Below are positions 51,301 through 62,282 of a stretch of 64,000 nucleotides of DNA, in pieces. The stretch spans positions 50,344,001 to 50,408,000 of the forward strand of contig NC_059432.1 in the NCBI RefSeq assembly GCF_021028975.2. The letters run 5' to 3'. Origin of the DNA: Sphaerodactylus townsendi. Its lineage: Eukaryota. The notes under the pieces are model-generated. The model was not told the origin of the DNA and ran no database searches. It saw only the letters and a program-made list of their open reading frames with translations. The position numbers and the translations under genes were made by a program. Each line of letters starts with the position of its first letter. Position 1 is the stretch's first letter.

Positions 51301-54300
51301 GCTGACAGAGGCTGATGGGAATTGTAGTTCCTGAACATCTGGAGAGCCGCAGGTTCCCTACCCCTGTCTTAGACGGTGTATAAATTGTTGATAGTGCTGT
51401 ACTTTCACATTTTTGACAGTTTTCTTTTATATGAAATAACTAATGTTTTATAAATGACTCCTAAATATTACTGTCTTTTGTACAAAATCCCAAATGCAGG
51501 GAAAACTTACATTTGAATCAGTAAGATGTGTGTTTTAATTTCCTTCCAAGTAAAGTTGCTATACAAGTTAAGAAAGACTAGCAGGTTTTTCAAGAACAAG
51601 AAGACATAGCTAGAGTCAGAGACTGTATTTAAGTCTAGATCTCTGAATCTTCTTGGGCACTGAAATTAACAGCGCAAGATGTTGAGAGAAGACATATACC
51701 CTTTGTTCTTTCTGCCTGTTCTGTTTTATAAGATGCAAATTAAATTATATGGATTGTTTCTGAGGGGCACTTGGAGATTCCATTGGCTGCTGAGCTACTG
51801 AATGTAACACTGGCTTTGACAGTGAGCATATGTTCACACGAGACGGAAATAATCTGTAGCACTTCAGTGATTTTAAAAAACCCTGCTAAGACAGCAAGAA
51901 ATAAATTTCCTTGCTCAGGATGCATCAGCCGTATTGCAAATTTGGCCAAATCTTCCTAAAAACTTAACACTTTCACAATAGTTGCTTTATGTTTCTTTGA
52001 TTGTAACTCTTAGTTTCTTTAAGCTCCGCCAGACTAAGAAAATTCTATTCCTCAGTTTTTAATTCAATCGTGTTCTGTCTAGCAGTTTGAAATGTATAGA
52101 AATGATGATGTTTCTAATGTTTGAAATGATTAGTCTGAAATGAGGCTTCAAATGATGGTTTACCACAAAAATGGGTATTGTGGAAAGAAAGACATCTCAG
52201 TGTGGCTGACTGCACCCCCCCCCCCCCCCCCAAAGGATGACTTTCTTAATAGGGAATACGTAGTTCTGAAGAATCATTCTCTTACAGAATGGCTTCCCAA
52301 CTGTCCATATATTCACATGCTTCAGGTTTGAAATAATCCTCCAGATGGCTTGGATGCCGACTGGAGTTTCCATACATGCAAGAATTTCTACCCAGTGGAG
52401 TGTCAATTTTCCTGCCTTCTCCCACCCAAACATCAAACGCCCCACAAAATCCTGTTCATGGGGAAAATCGTACCCTCCTGGTAGCTAAATGTTAAACTAT
52501 ATTCAATGTTAGTCTGTTTAACCCTCATTTATGCTTTGAGGTTGCAAAGCAGGACACAGTGTAGCTCAGAACACAACTCCAGTAGAAGGAGCACCTATGA
52601 GCAGGAGCTAAAAGGAGTGGGAGAAGGGTCACTGGACCAGGGAATGGTTGTTTGTCCACGTCATAGAGAATTTGGAATGCTATGGTGTTTTTTTGCAGCC
52701 TTGCGAGTTTTTGTGCAAGTTTGAAAAAGTTTGTGACCTACTAATATCCTTCAAAGAATAAATTGTAGTTTAGAAAAGTTTTCTCATCTGGCTATCTGAA
52801 GGTGTCTCTTGCTTTCCACTTACAACTAGGTGAGTGGCCTCAATTTGATCATAGCACCCCTCCCAATTATAATGCATTTTCAGTTTAAAGTAGATACTTG
52901 TTCTAATCTATGTCATAGAGGGGAAGAATGTTATATGGCATTCTTGGTCCTAATTAGAGTGGGGCATAAATTAAGTAAATGAATAATAATTAAAATATTT
53001 AGAACTCTCTTTAATCAGTTTTTTTCTCCTCCAGAATTTCTTGAGGTTGGGAAGAAGCAACCTGCCCTTGATGTTCTCTATGATGTTATGAAAAGTAAAA
53101 AACACCGAACATGGCAAAAGATCCACGAGCCGATTATGCTGAAGTACCTAGAACTCTGTGTGGACCTCCGCAAGAGCCATCTGGCAAAAGAAGGGTTATA
53201 TCAGTACAAGAATATCTGCCAACAGGTAGAGGACTTCAAAAGTTCTGTTAACAACAGGAGGTTAATAAGATCAATATTTGTAGAAGCAGTAGAAAAATGT
53301 TCATGATGGTCCTTAACTGTATATGAGATTTGTCTGTAAAACGCCTCAGGTTGATCAGACATGTTCAGCAATTGATTTTTAATATCAATTGGTTTCTTAG
53401 TATATCTGAATTATAGAAACAGTGATGTATTTGTGTTCAGATCTATCACTACTTTTTACTACTACATTTTGAGTTTCCCAGTTAAAATACTGACTCTCAT
53501 GTCTAGGCAAACCCACCTACCTCACAGGGTGTTTGTTGTGAGGGGGGAAGGGAAAGGAGTTTGTAAGCCCTTTTGAGTCTCCTATAGGAGAGAAAGGGGG
53601 GATATAAATCCAACTCCTCTTATAAGCCCCTTTGAGTCTCCTATAGGAGAGAAAGGGGGGATATAAATCCAACTCCTCCTATAAATCCAACTCCTCCTCC
53701 TCCTTCTTAATTGTTCCAATTCTGTTATAGGTGAACATCAAATCCTTGGAAGATGTAGTTCGAGCCTATTTAAAACTAGCAGAAGAAAAAACTGAAGCTG
53801 CCAAAGAAGAATCTCAGCAGATGGTGCTGGATATAGAAGATTTAGATAATATTCAGACTCCAGAGAGGTAGGAATCTGTGTTTTTTGGTATGGGGATTAT
53901 TTTTAACTTTAAGAAATAATGTGCTTGTTCGGGAAGAAGGTTGGCTAGCTGAGTTGTATGCTGAGGTTCCACAAAATGAAAACATTAACCAGAACCAATT
54001 CCAACATTCTAAATCTATACCATTTGCTGTGAAGTCCATAACAGGCCTACCTGAAGCTATTGTTATATCTCCATAACTCTGAAAGAAACTTTCAAAATAT
54101 GCTGTCTGTATAAATGAATTTATTTAGGGTTGTGCCAAAGGCAGTAACAACAAGCACCGTACGGCAGCAGATAACAAACAACATGCAGCATAGCATAAAG
54201 TTCGATGGAATAATAATACAACGACAGTATAGATTGTAACAATACTCAAAACCTGTTGGATATCAAATAAAGCACTAAAATAATAAACCATGAACTGAAC

Positions 54301-57300
54301 ATGACTAAAATCTCATCTGAGATAGGTTATCCTAAAAGTTCTCTAAAATGTTTAAGTAACAAATTTCTTATAGCAAGAGATAAAAAGGCAAAAATAGCAA
54401 CTTTAAAAGTAATTGAAGGAGTAGCATCTACCAGAAGAAACTGAATTCGATCCTCATCAGTACCATGAAAATTTGCCACATCTGGAAACAATCTCACATA
54501 TATTGTCATACATCAGGCAGCATATGATATAATGAATAATGTCTTTGATCTTTTAGAACATCATGGGCAAAACCTCAGTTCCATAGGTACTTTTTAAATC
54601 TCCCCTGTAGAAATGCAGAGGGCATTGTTTGAAATCTTATACTTGTAAAGGCTTTCCTTAGAGCAGCATTTATGAGGTTTGTTAAATAACAGGAGAACAT
54701 TTATTTTAAGTTGTGTTTACCACATTGAGAAATTTGATGCATCCTTCTCAGCCATTTACAAATATTTTTGGAATCCCATTTTTTTAACAATTCAGTAGAA
54801 GGTAATGATATGTTTGGAATATGGGTATCAGCAAGTGAACCTATTGGTTCCTTTCCCCATAAAACCAAAATCCATACTTGACTAAGTGAGTATCCAAAAT
54901 ATTTTCCACTGAATACAATATTTTGATAGTCTTAGATACGCCCTCATACAGATTGATGGTAAACCTACTTCTGTTCTTCAGTGGATGGCAGGTATTTCAT
55001 GTGGGAGATCAAGAATTTTCCTTCTAAAGATATTTTAAATTATATCCAGCTTATCCAGGATCATCCTCTTCCATCCCCAAACCTCCTCACCATACAGGAG
55101 CTGAGGGATAATTTTGCCCTGGAATGCTTTGAAAGCTGGGGCTATAAATTGTTCCCCTTTAGTATGGAAAAATTTCAATAAGGCTCCCATCGTATGGTGT
55201 GCTGTTGTGAGGCTGGCTTTCAGATGGCCATGAAATGTCATACCAAGAAATTTAAAGGATGTTAGGGTGATCTAGCTGCAACTTCTGTCACCCCATTGAT
55301 CACCAGGATTGATTTGGTTGATCTGGCTGGCTAGGCAGGTGTCCCCCACCTCCCTCACCGCTCCATGTGTGTCTCTCGTAAAGCTGCTCGCTTGGTGGAA
55401 GAGGACGACCATCCCAGATAGAAGGAGTGTACTGTTCTTCGATCTGGGATATACAATAGCAATATGATGTAGTGTACTGCGTTGTGGTACTTTATGCACA
55501 TATTTGGAAGCAAAAACAATTGATTTTATGGCTTAAGATATTCTTTTTATTCCTTAACTAGTGTTCTCCTAAGTGCTGTAAGTGGGGAAGACACTCAAGA
55601 TCGTACTGATCGGCTACTTCTGACACCTTGGGTTAAATTTCTATGGGAGTCATACAGGCAATGCCTGGATCTTCTTAGAAACAATTCTAGAGTGGAGCGC
55701 CTCTACCATGATATTGCACAGCAAGGTAAAATTGGAATTACTGTGAAACTTATGCAGCCTTTTTAAAAGTGGGGGTTTAAAAGATTTGGCTCTTGGAACT
55801 ATTGCTTAATTATTTTATACACAGACACATATATAAAAGTAATTGATCAGGTGATGGGTGAACCAAAACTTTAAAAAAATCAAAACCTTATTATTTTAGG
55901 AATTTTTCAAAATTAAAATTTAATTCTAATTTTTAAATTATAATAATGCATGCCTTTTCTCTACTATTTCAAAAATAGTGCAAGTTTTTTTAAAAACAAG
56001 ATGTTTTGAGAAATGATACTTGCTTTTTTCAGTATGTCATACTATTGTTTCAGCTGTTAAAGTATTTAATATTTGGAATAATTAATTCTTGCAGCTTTCA
56101 AGTTCTGTTTGCAGTATACTCGTAAGGCTGAATTTCGCAAACTCTGTGACAATCTGAGAATGCATTTGGGTCAGATTCAGCGACATCACAATCAAAGTAC
56201 AGCCATCAATCTCAATAATCCTGAAAGTCAGTCAATGCACTTGGAAACCAGGCTTGTACAGCTGGACAGTGCTATCAGCATGGAACTGTGGCAGGTGTGT
56301 GTTTTTGGCAATGACATATATTTCCTTGTGTCTTGTTAACTGTAAAGTCTGTTTTCATGCTTTATAAGACCCAGTAACTAAGAGAACTTTGCAAGTGAGT
56401 TCATTTTATAGCATAACCCTAAACACAGTTTAATATAAGATTATTTATAGGAATTTACAAATAAGCATGCTTAGATGTTAGTAAACTTGCATCATGTCAT
56501 TTTTTGCCTTCTCCAACCACCACTCCAACTGTCAAGCAATTTCCCCCCCTTTCAGGAAGCCTTCAAAGCAGTGGAGGATATACATGGACTCTTCTCCTTG
56601 TCCAAAAAACCTCCCAAGCCGCAACTGATGGCAAATTATTACCACAAAGTTTCTACTGTATTCTGGAAATCAGGAAATGCACTTTTTCATGCTTCCACAC
56701 TTCATCGTCTTTACCATCTCTCAAGGGAAATGCGAAAGAATCTTACGCAGGAGGAAATGCAGAGGTGGGCAAATGTTTGTGTGTGGGGTTGTTATTTATA
56801 ATAGTACCCATGTTATAGTATGAACAGCCCAAATATCCCAGTTTGGCTAAGTAAGCTTGGTCATGGTCAGTACTTTGATGGGAGATCAACAACAAAGACT
56901 CTGGTTGCTATGCAGAAGAAGGCAATGGGAAACCATCTCTGCTCACCTTGTGCCTTGAACACCCCATGATTGGGGTCACTGTGAATCTGCTGTGACTGGA
57001 CAGCATGTTCTGATGTTACTGTATATTGAAATCATTCTAAATTTCTAAACATCTTTTTAAGTTTGGCATCTCGAATGATGAGGAGGCTTGCAGGTCAATC
57101 CTAAAAGCAATTGCGTAGATCCAATAGGCAGACACACTATTTTAGATCTACTTCTCACCAGTAATGATGACCTGATTAGTGGAGTGGAAGTGGTAGGATC
57201 CTTAGGTGGGAGTGATCATGCTGTCCTGGAGTTTGTTATACAATGAAAAGGGGATACTAAGTGTAGTCAGACCTACATCCTAGAGTTTAAGAAAGCAGAC

Positions 57301-60300
57301 TTCAGTAAGCTTAGGAAACCACTGGGTGTGAACCAGTAGTTCAAAATACTAAGACAGAAGGGAGTGCATGATTGATGAATTTCTTAAAAGTGAGATCTTG
57401 AAGGCACAATTTGAAACTATTCCAGTGAGGTGGAAAAATAGGAGGTGTTCTAAGGAAACCAGGACGGATGTCTAAAGAACTTTCAGCTGAGCTAAGATTT
57501 AAAAAGGACATGTATAAGAAATGGAAAAGGGGAGAAATCACCAAAGAGTAATTCAAACAAATAGTGAGGACATGTAGGGAGAAAGTCAGAAAAGCTAAAG
57601 TTCACAGTGAGCTCAGGCTTGCCAGAGAGGTTGAAAACAACAAAAAATACTTTTTTGGGTATGTCTGTAGAAAAAGGGTAAGAAAAGGTAGGATAGAGTC
57701 ACTGAATGGAGAAAATGGCAAAATGCTAACGGGATGGAGAAAAGACAGAACCTACTTAACATCTTCTTTGCCTCGGTTTTTCTCAAAAATAAAACAGTTC
57801 TCATCCAGGGGAAAATGGAACAGAAGATTCTGTAGGGGAAATTCAGCACAGAATAAATAAAGAGGTAGTGCAGGAATATCTGGATACCTTAAATTATTTC
57901 AAATCTCCAGGCCCTGATAAGCTACATCCCAGGGTATTAAAAGAATGGGCAGAAGTATTCTTTGAGAACTCCTGGAGAACAGGAGATGTCCCAGTGGGCT
58001 GGGGAGGGCTAATGTTATTCACATCTTCAAAAAGTGGAAAAAAGAGGACCCAAACAATGTCTGTCCAGTCAGCCTGATATCAGTACCAGGAAAGATTCTG
58101 GAGCAGATAATCAGACAGTATTAAGCACTTAGAAGGGAACAGTATGATCACTAAAAGTTAACAAGGGTTTCTCAAAACCAAATCATGCTGGAGTAATCTC
58201 ATCTCTTTTTTGATAAAGTGACACACTTGGTAGACAAAGGGAATGCTGTTGATATAGTATACCTAGATTTTAGTAAAGCCTTTGATAAGGTGACCCGTGA
58301 CATTCTTGCAAGTAAGCTAGTAAAATGTGGACTGGACAGTGCCACTGCTAGATGGATTTGCAATTAGTTGACTGACCGAACCCAAAGGTGCTCATCAATG
58401 GCTCATCTTCATCCTGGAGAGAAGTGACTAGTGGGGTGCCACAGGGTTCTGTCCTGGGCCCAGTGCTATTCAATATTTTTTATCAGTGACTTGGATGATG
58501 AAATGGAGGGCATGCTAATCATATTTGCAGATGACACCAAATTAGGAGGAGTAGCTAATACCCCAGAGGACAGAGACAGGAATCAAAATGACCTGGACAG
58601 GTTAGAGAGATGGGCCAAAGCTAACAAAATGAACTTCAACAGAGATAAATGTAAGATATTCCACTCAGACAGAAAATTTTAAATGCACAGATATAGGATG
58701 GGTGACACCTGATTTGACAACAGTGCATGTGAAAGGAATCTGAGAGTCTTAGTAGACCACACGAGTCAGCAGTATGATGCAGCTGCCAAGAAAGCCTATT
58801 CATCAGTAGGAGTATAGTGTCTAGATCAAGGGACGTAATAGTACCTCTCTATTCTGCATTGGTCAGACCTCACCTCGAATATTGTGTTCAGTTCTGGACA
58901 CCGCAATTCAAGAAGGATATTGACAAACTGGATTGGGTCCAGAGGAGGGCGACCAAAATGGTAAAAGTTCTGGAATCCATGCCCTATGAGGAGAGACTTA
59001 GGGAGCTGGTTATGTTTAGTTTGGTTAAGAGAAGGTTAAGGGGTGACATGATAGCCATGTTTAAATATTTGAAGGGATGTCACATCGAAGAGGGAGCAAG
59101 CTTGTTTTCTGTTGCTCCAGATATTAGGACAAGGAATCATGGGTTCAAGTTGCAGGAAAAAAGATTCCATCTAAACATTAGAAGGAACTTCTTAACAGGG
59201 CTATACTTCCTCTGAGTGTAGTGGAGGTTTTTAAACAGAGTCTGGATGGCCATCTGTCAGGGGTGCTTTGATTGTGTGTTCCTGCATTGCAGGGGGTTGG
59301 ATTTGATGGCCCTTGTGGTCCCTTCCAACTCTATGATTCTATGACCTATTTGGGATTGTATGGGTGATGATGTGAAAGTGATGTGAAAGAGGAAAAGTCG
59401 ATCATAAATGAAGCAATGCTATACTTACTTTGTTTCTCCAATCTTTTATTGGCAGGATGTCAACAAGAGTCCTCTTGGCCACTCTGTCAATCCCAATAAC
59501 TCCAGAGCGAACTGACATTGCTCGTCTTTTGGACATGGATGGCATAATTGTTGAAAAGCAAAGGCGGTTAGCAACGCTCCTGGGACTTCAGGCTCCTCCT
59601 ACACGAATCTCTCTCATTAATGACATGGTAGTAATATTTAGAAAGTAACTTTTAGATCATTTATGTCCTTGATCAAAAGTTGCATGAATGACACTTGGAA
59701 GTACTGAATAATATTCTGATAACTACCAAATATTAGTAAAAGCTATTGGTTTCTTTAGTTCTCTCTGCTTCTACTTTGTCTTTGTAATTGCAGTCTCTAA
59801 GGGATGCTTTGCTAGTTAGAACTAGAGCTATTCATGTCCAAGGGGACATAAGTTATGACTTGCATTGCTTCCGCAAGCAATCTAACAAAGGTGACATTCT
59901 GCACATTGTTGCAGCTGAAGAAGCATGGCCCCATCATGATGCTTGCAAAACTATTCCTTAAATATTAATTGGCTAAATTATTTGCTTAAAACAAAACTTG
60001 GTGATATCAGCATTGCAGTAATGCTGTCTAGCAGTCTTCTTGAACTTAACAAAATAACAACTTCCATAATATTTCTTCATAGGTGAGATTCAATGTTGTA
60101 CAGTATGTTGTCCCGGATGTGAAAGAACTTTATAACTGGCTGGAAGTAGATTTTCACCCACTGAAGTTATGTGGTCGTGTTTGTAAGGTAAATGGAGGAC
60201 TTCCATTTCACTTGTATGTAGTCCTTTTTGAAATTGTTGGTTGGGACACTGTGCTTTTCCATAATCATTTTTTTTTCTCTGAGGTTGTTCTTTAAAAGAG

Positions 60301-62282
60301 GTTTTACTGGGGTGGGGGTGGGGTTGGTGGTGGTGGTGGTCAGCAATTTAAGGTAGTAGACTAGATGGGGGAAGGGGGACAACACTTTTCCCCCCCACAG
60401 CAAAGCACCCCTGTTTCCAACTGTTTTATCCTCTTTTGGGGAAACGTGTATCCTTACACATTTTCCTCAGCAGATGTAAAAGCAACTTGGAGATAATGAT
60501 TTTTTAATTTGGCAAAGTTATATTTGTGGGCAAAGATTAAGGATTTAAAGAGTTCCCTCTAACTTCTGTCCCATTAAATTGCTGCTTCTGAAGCTGCAAC
60601 AGGGAGAGGGAGAATCTGTGTCACACTTGGGCCCTTTCCACATGGGCCATTTTTAAATTGCCCTGGGAATGCCCCAGACCATTTGCATGTGAGGCTGCAG
60701 CAGGTTGCTCTTGCGACTCTGCATGGAGTTGCAGCTGCCGCCTGCACCCCGGGGACCCTCCCCCCACCCACAGTCTGGCGTTGCTGTGGTGACCAGCTGG
60801 CCACCCGTGCCTGCGTAGCCACGTTAGGGGGGGAGGGGATGGTGCAGCTGCTGTCAACCCCGCCTCCCTGCCGGGACCATTCGCTCAGCCCCAGAGCCAA
60901 GGCAGGATATGTTAACAGTGTACAGAATTGATTTTAGAAGGCTGTATAAAAAACATTCCAGTTTTTAAAAACCCAATAATTTCTAACAAGATAAAGCAAT
61001 AAATCTTAGATGCCACGGTGCTTACAAATTTCATCATGGCACCTGGTATTTTTATCAGTTATTTATTGTAAGTGTCTCGTGTCTCAGTTGAAATACAATA
61101 CTTAGGTGAGGAGTAGCAGTTAGCTTTTTGTTATAATAATACTCCACTGTATACACTACAACACTTTTGTTATAATTTTAAAAATATGACAAGCAACTGT
61201 AAACAGTTTAGGAATAGGTTTTTTAATAGTAATAATTCAGAAGTATAATTACCATTAACATATAAAACCTTAAAGGCTGCAAATAAGTTCATCTCCTAAC
61301 ACTTTGGCATGCTTCCTAAAATGAAGGAAATTTGTCCTGTATTATGGATTAATTTGAAGTCATGTACACACTACAAAATAAAAAACTACTTGTCATACAG
61401 ATTAAAAAATAGCGTTTCAGAGACTTCTTCATTGAACTACGAAAAATGGTACTGATAGCAAGAAGAATTTCAAACCTGTGTAAAAGTGGCTTGTGGTATT
61501 AGCCAGAAAAGTGAATAGTTGCCTATTAGTGAACATAAGAAAGAGCCTGCTGGATCAGATATGTGTTCAGTAGATATGTGTTCAGAGAGTTGTTTTGAAT
61601 TGTATGGGTTAAAACATATTTCATTGGCTTGTTTTTAGAATGTTGAAGAACAAATAAATTTCTGATAATCCTAGATAATAAAAGTGTACTAGCAGTGTGC
61701 AAATGTTAGTCATCACCGAACTTGATGTACACATTCGAACAAAATTGAACTTGATGTTCACATTATGAAACATCAAAAAGACACACTAGTGTTTGAACTG
61801 ATTATATTTAAAGTGGAAGGCTAAGTTTGGTCTTGAGGGTAATTTTCTGGAAAAGTTTAAAGGATTCTTTAGATTCACTTGTTTGAGCTCTTCCCACATT
61901 CCAAAGTGAACTTTCATGAGTAGTAAAAGTGTGCAAATTAGAAGCAACCAGGTCTGTCAAAATTCTTATAATCCCAGCAGAACAGAAGCGTGTTGCAGTG
62001 TTGCTAAAGTTTCATTAGCCAAGATTTGTGAGTTTGTCACTTGAATGTTAAAATGGTTCCTGAAAGTGACCATTTGGAAAGAACTGGGTATGGATGTGAA
62101 TGAGGGTGTTCAGTACTTTCAGAATGTTATGTTGCCTGAACTAGCCCGGGTGTCTTATAAGCCTCTGAATGATTCTGTTTTAGGTTCTAAACTGGGTAAG
62201 AGACCAATCTGAAAAGGAACCAGAACTGCAGTTGTATATCCCTCATCTGCAAAACAATACTATCCTCAGACTTCTTCAGCAG
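48385..62282 (+). CDS. EIF3A: Eukaryotic translation initiation factor 3 subunit A, exons 1-9 (gene continues beyond the window)
   Basis: join(48385..48433,53035..53225,53731..53867,55562..55725,56095..56294,56556..56764,59456..59627,60083..60187,62184..62282), GT-AG, in phase. [51 protein letters not shown] ... [11 protein letters not shown]. Confidence 0.97.
49676..49783 (-). mobile_element. Penelope-like pLTR fragment with hammerhead core (49728-49768)
   Basis: Reverse complement reads CCTCTGAAGATGCCAGCCACAGATGCAGGCGAAACGTTAGG; homologous to 10729-11201. Confidence 0.75.
50691..51366. mobile_element. Palindromic hAT MITE sequence on both sides of a 420-N assembly gap (50821-51240)
   Basis: Same family as 38612-38759; GTCTTAG occurs at both outer edges. 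Confidence 0.8.
53512..53708 (+). mobile_element. SINE 3' half with tandemly reiterated 3' end, adjacent to the EIF3A exon 3 acceptor
   Basis: TAAGCCC(C/T)TTTGAGTCTCCTATAGGAGAGAAAGGGGGGATATAAATCCAACTCCTC twice, then ATAAATCCAACTCCTCC a third time. Confidence 0.8.
54111..55256 (-). mobile_element. 5'-truncated, decayed RTEX-like LINE (RT C-terminus, CCHC region, 3' UTR)
   Basis: Minus-strand remnants [63 protein letters not shown]; ends in AAATAAATTCATTTA. Clade assignment is from memory. Confidence 0.75.
55257..55460 (+). pseudogene. 7SK (RN7SK) retrocopy, complete 5' end, 3'-truncated at about nt 200
   Basis: GGATGTTAGGGTGATCTAGCTGCAACTTCTGTCACCCCATTGATCACCAGG...GATCTGGCTGGCTAGGCAGGTGTCCCC...CCTCCCTCACCGCTCCATGTG...GAAGAGGACGACCATCCC matches vertebrate 7SK from nt 1. 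It shows CpG-decay substitutions and lacks the 3' hairpin, oligo-T terminator and an upstream Pol III promoter. Confidence 0.93.
56835..57006 (+). mobile_element. 5S/Sauria-type SINE (decayed)
   Basis: GGTCAGTACTTTGATGGGAGATC (5S-like) followed by GGCAATGGGAAACCATCTCTG...GCCTTGAACACCCCATG. Confidence 0.6.
57110..59344 (+). mobile_element. 5'-truncated CR1 LINE in EIF3A intron 6
   Basis: Frameshifted ORF2: [59 protein letters not shown]; 3' tail CTCTATGATTCTATGA. Confidence 0.93.
61606..61744 (+). ncRNA. Divergent SNORA19-like H/ACA snoRNA paralog in EIF3A intron 8
   Basis: 61614-61666 aligns without gaps to 63767-63819 (32/53 identical). The guide pocket TTCATT...ATTTCT is kept and the upper stem shows compensatory changes. 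H box AGATAA 61673-61678, GTGTAC/GTACAC stem, ACA 61739-61741. Confidence 0.6.

Noticed and set aside
50749-51305. Long ORFs of X residues
   Set aside because: Translation of the N gap.
55257-55460. Functional 7SK gene
   Set aside because: 3'-truncated, CpG-decayed, upstream DNA is LINE rather than PSE/TATA, and there is no terminator.
59645-59683. Short hairpin GTAACTTTTAGATCA...TGATCAAAAGTTGC in EIF3A intron 7
   Set aside because: No C/D or H/ACA boxes in proper positions; too short to call a miRNA or snoRNA without data.
62005-62125. Possible third SNORA19-like copy (TTTCATTAG ... GAAAG...CTTTCAGA)
   Set aside because: No ACA box, no matching second guide strand, and only patchy similarity.
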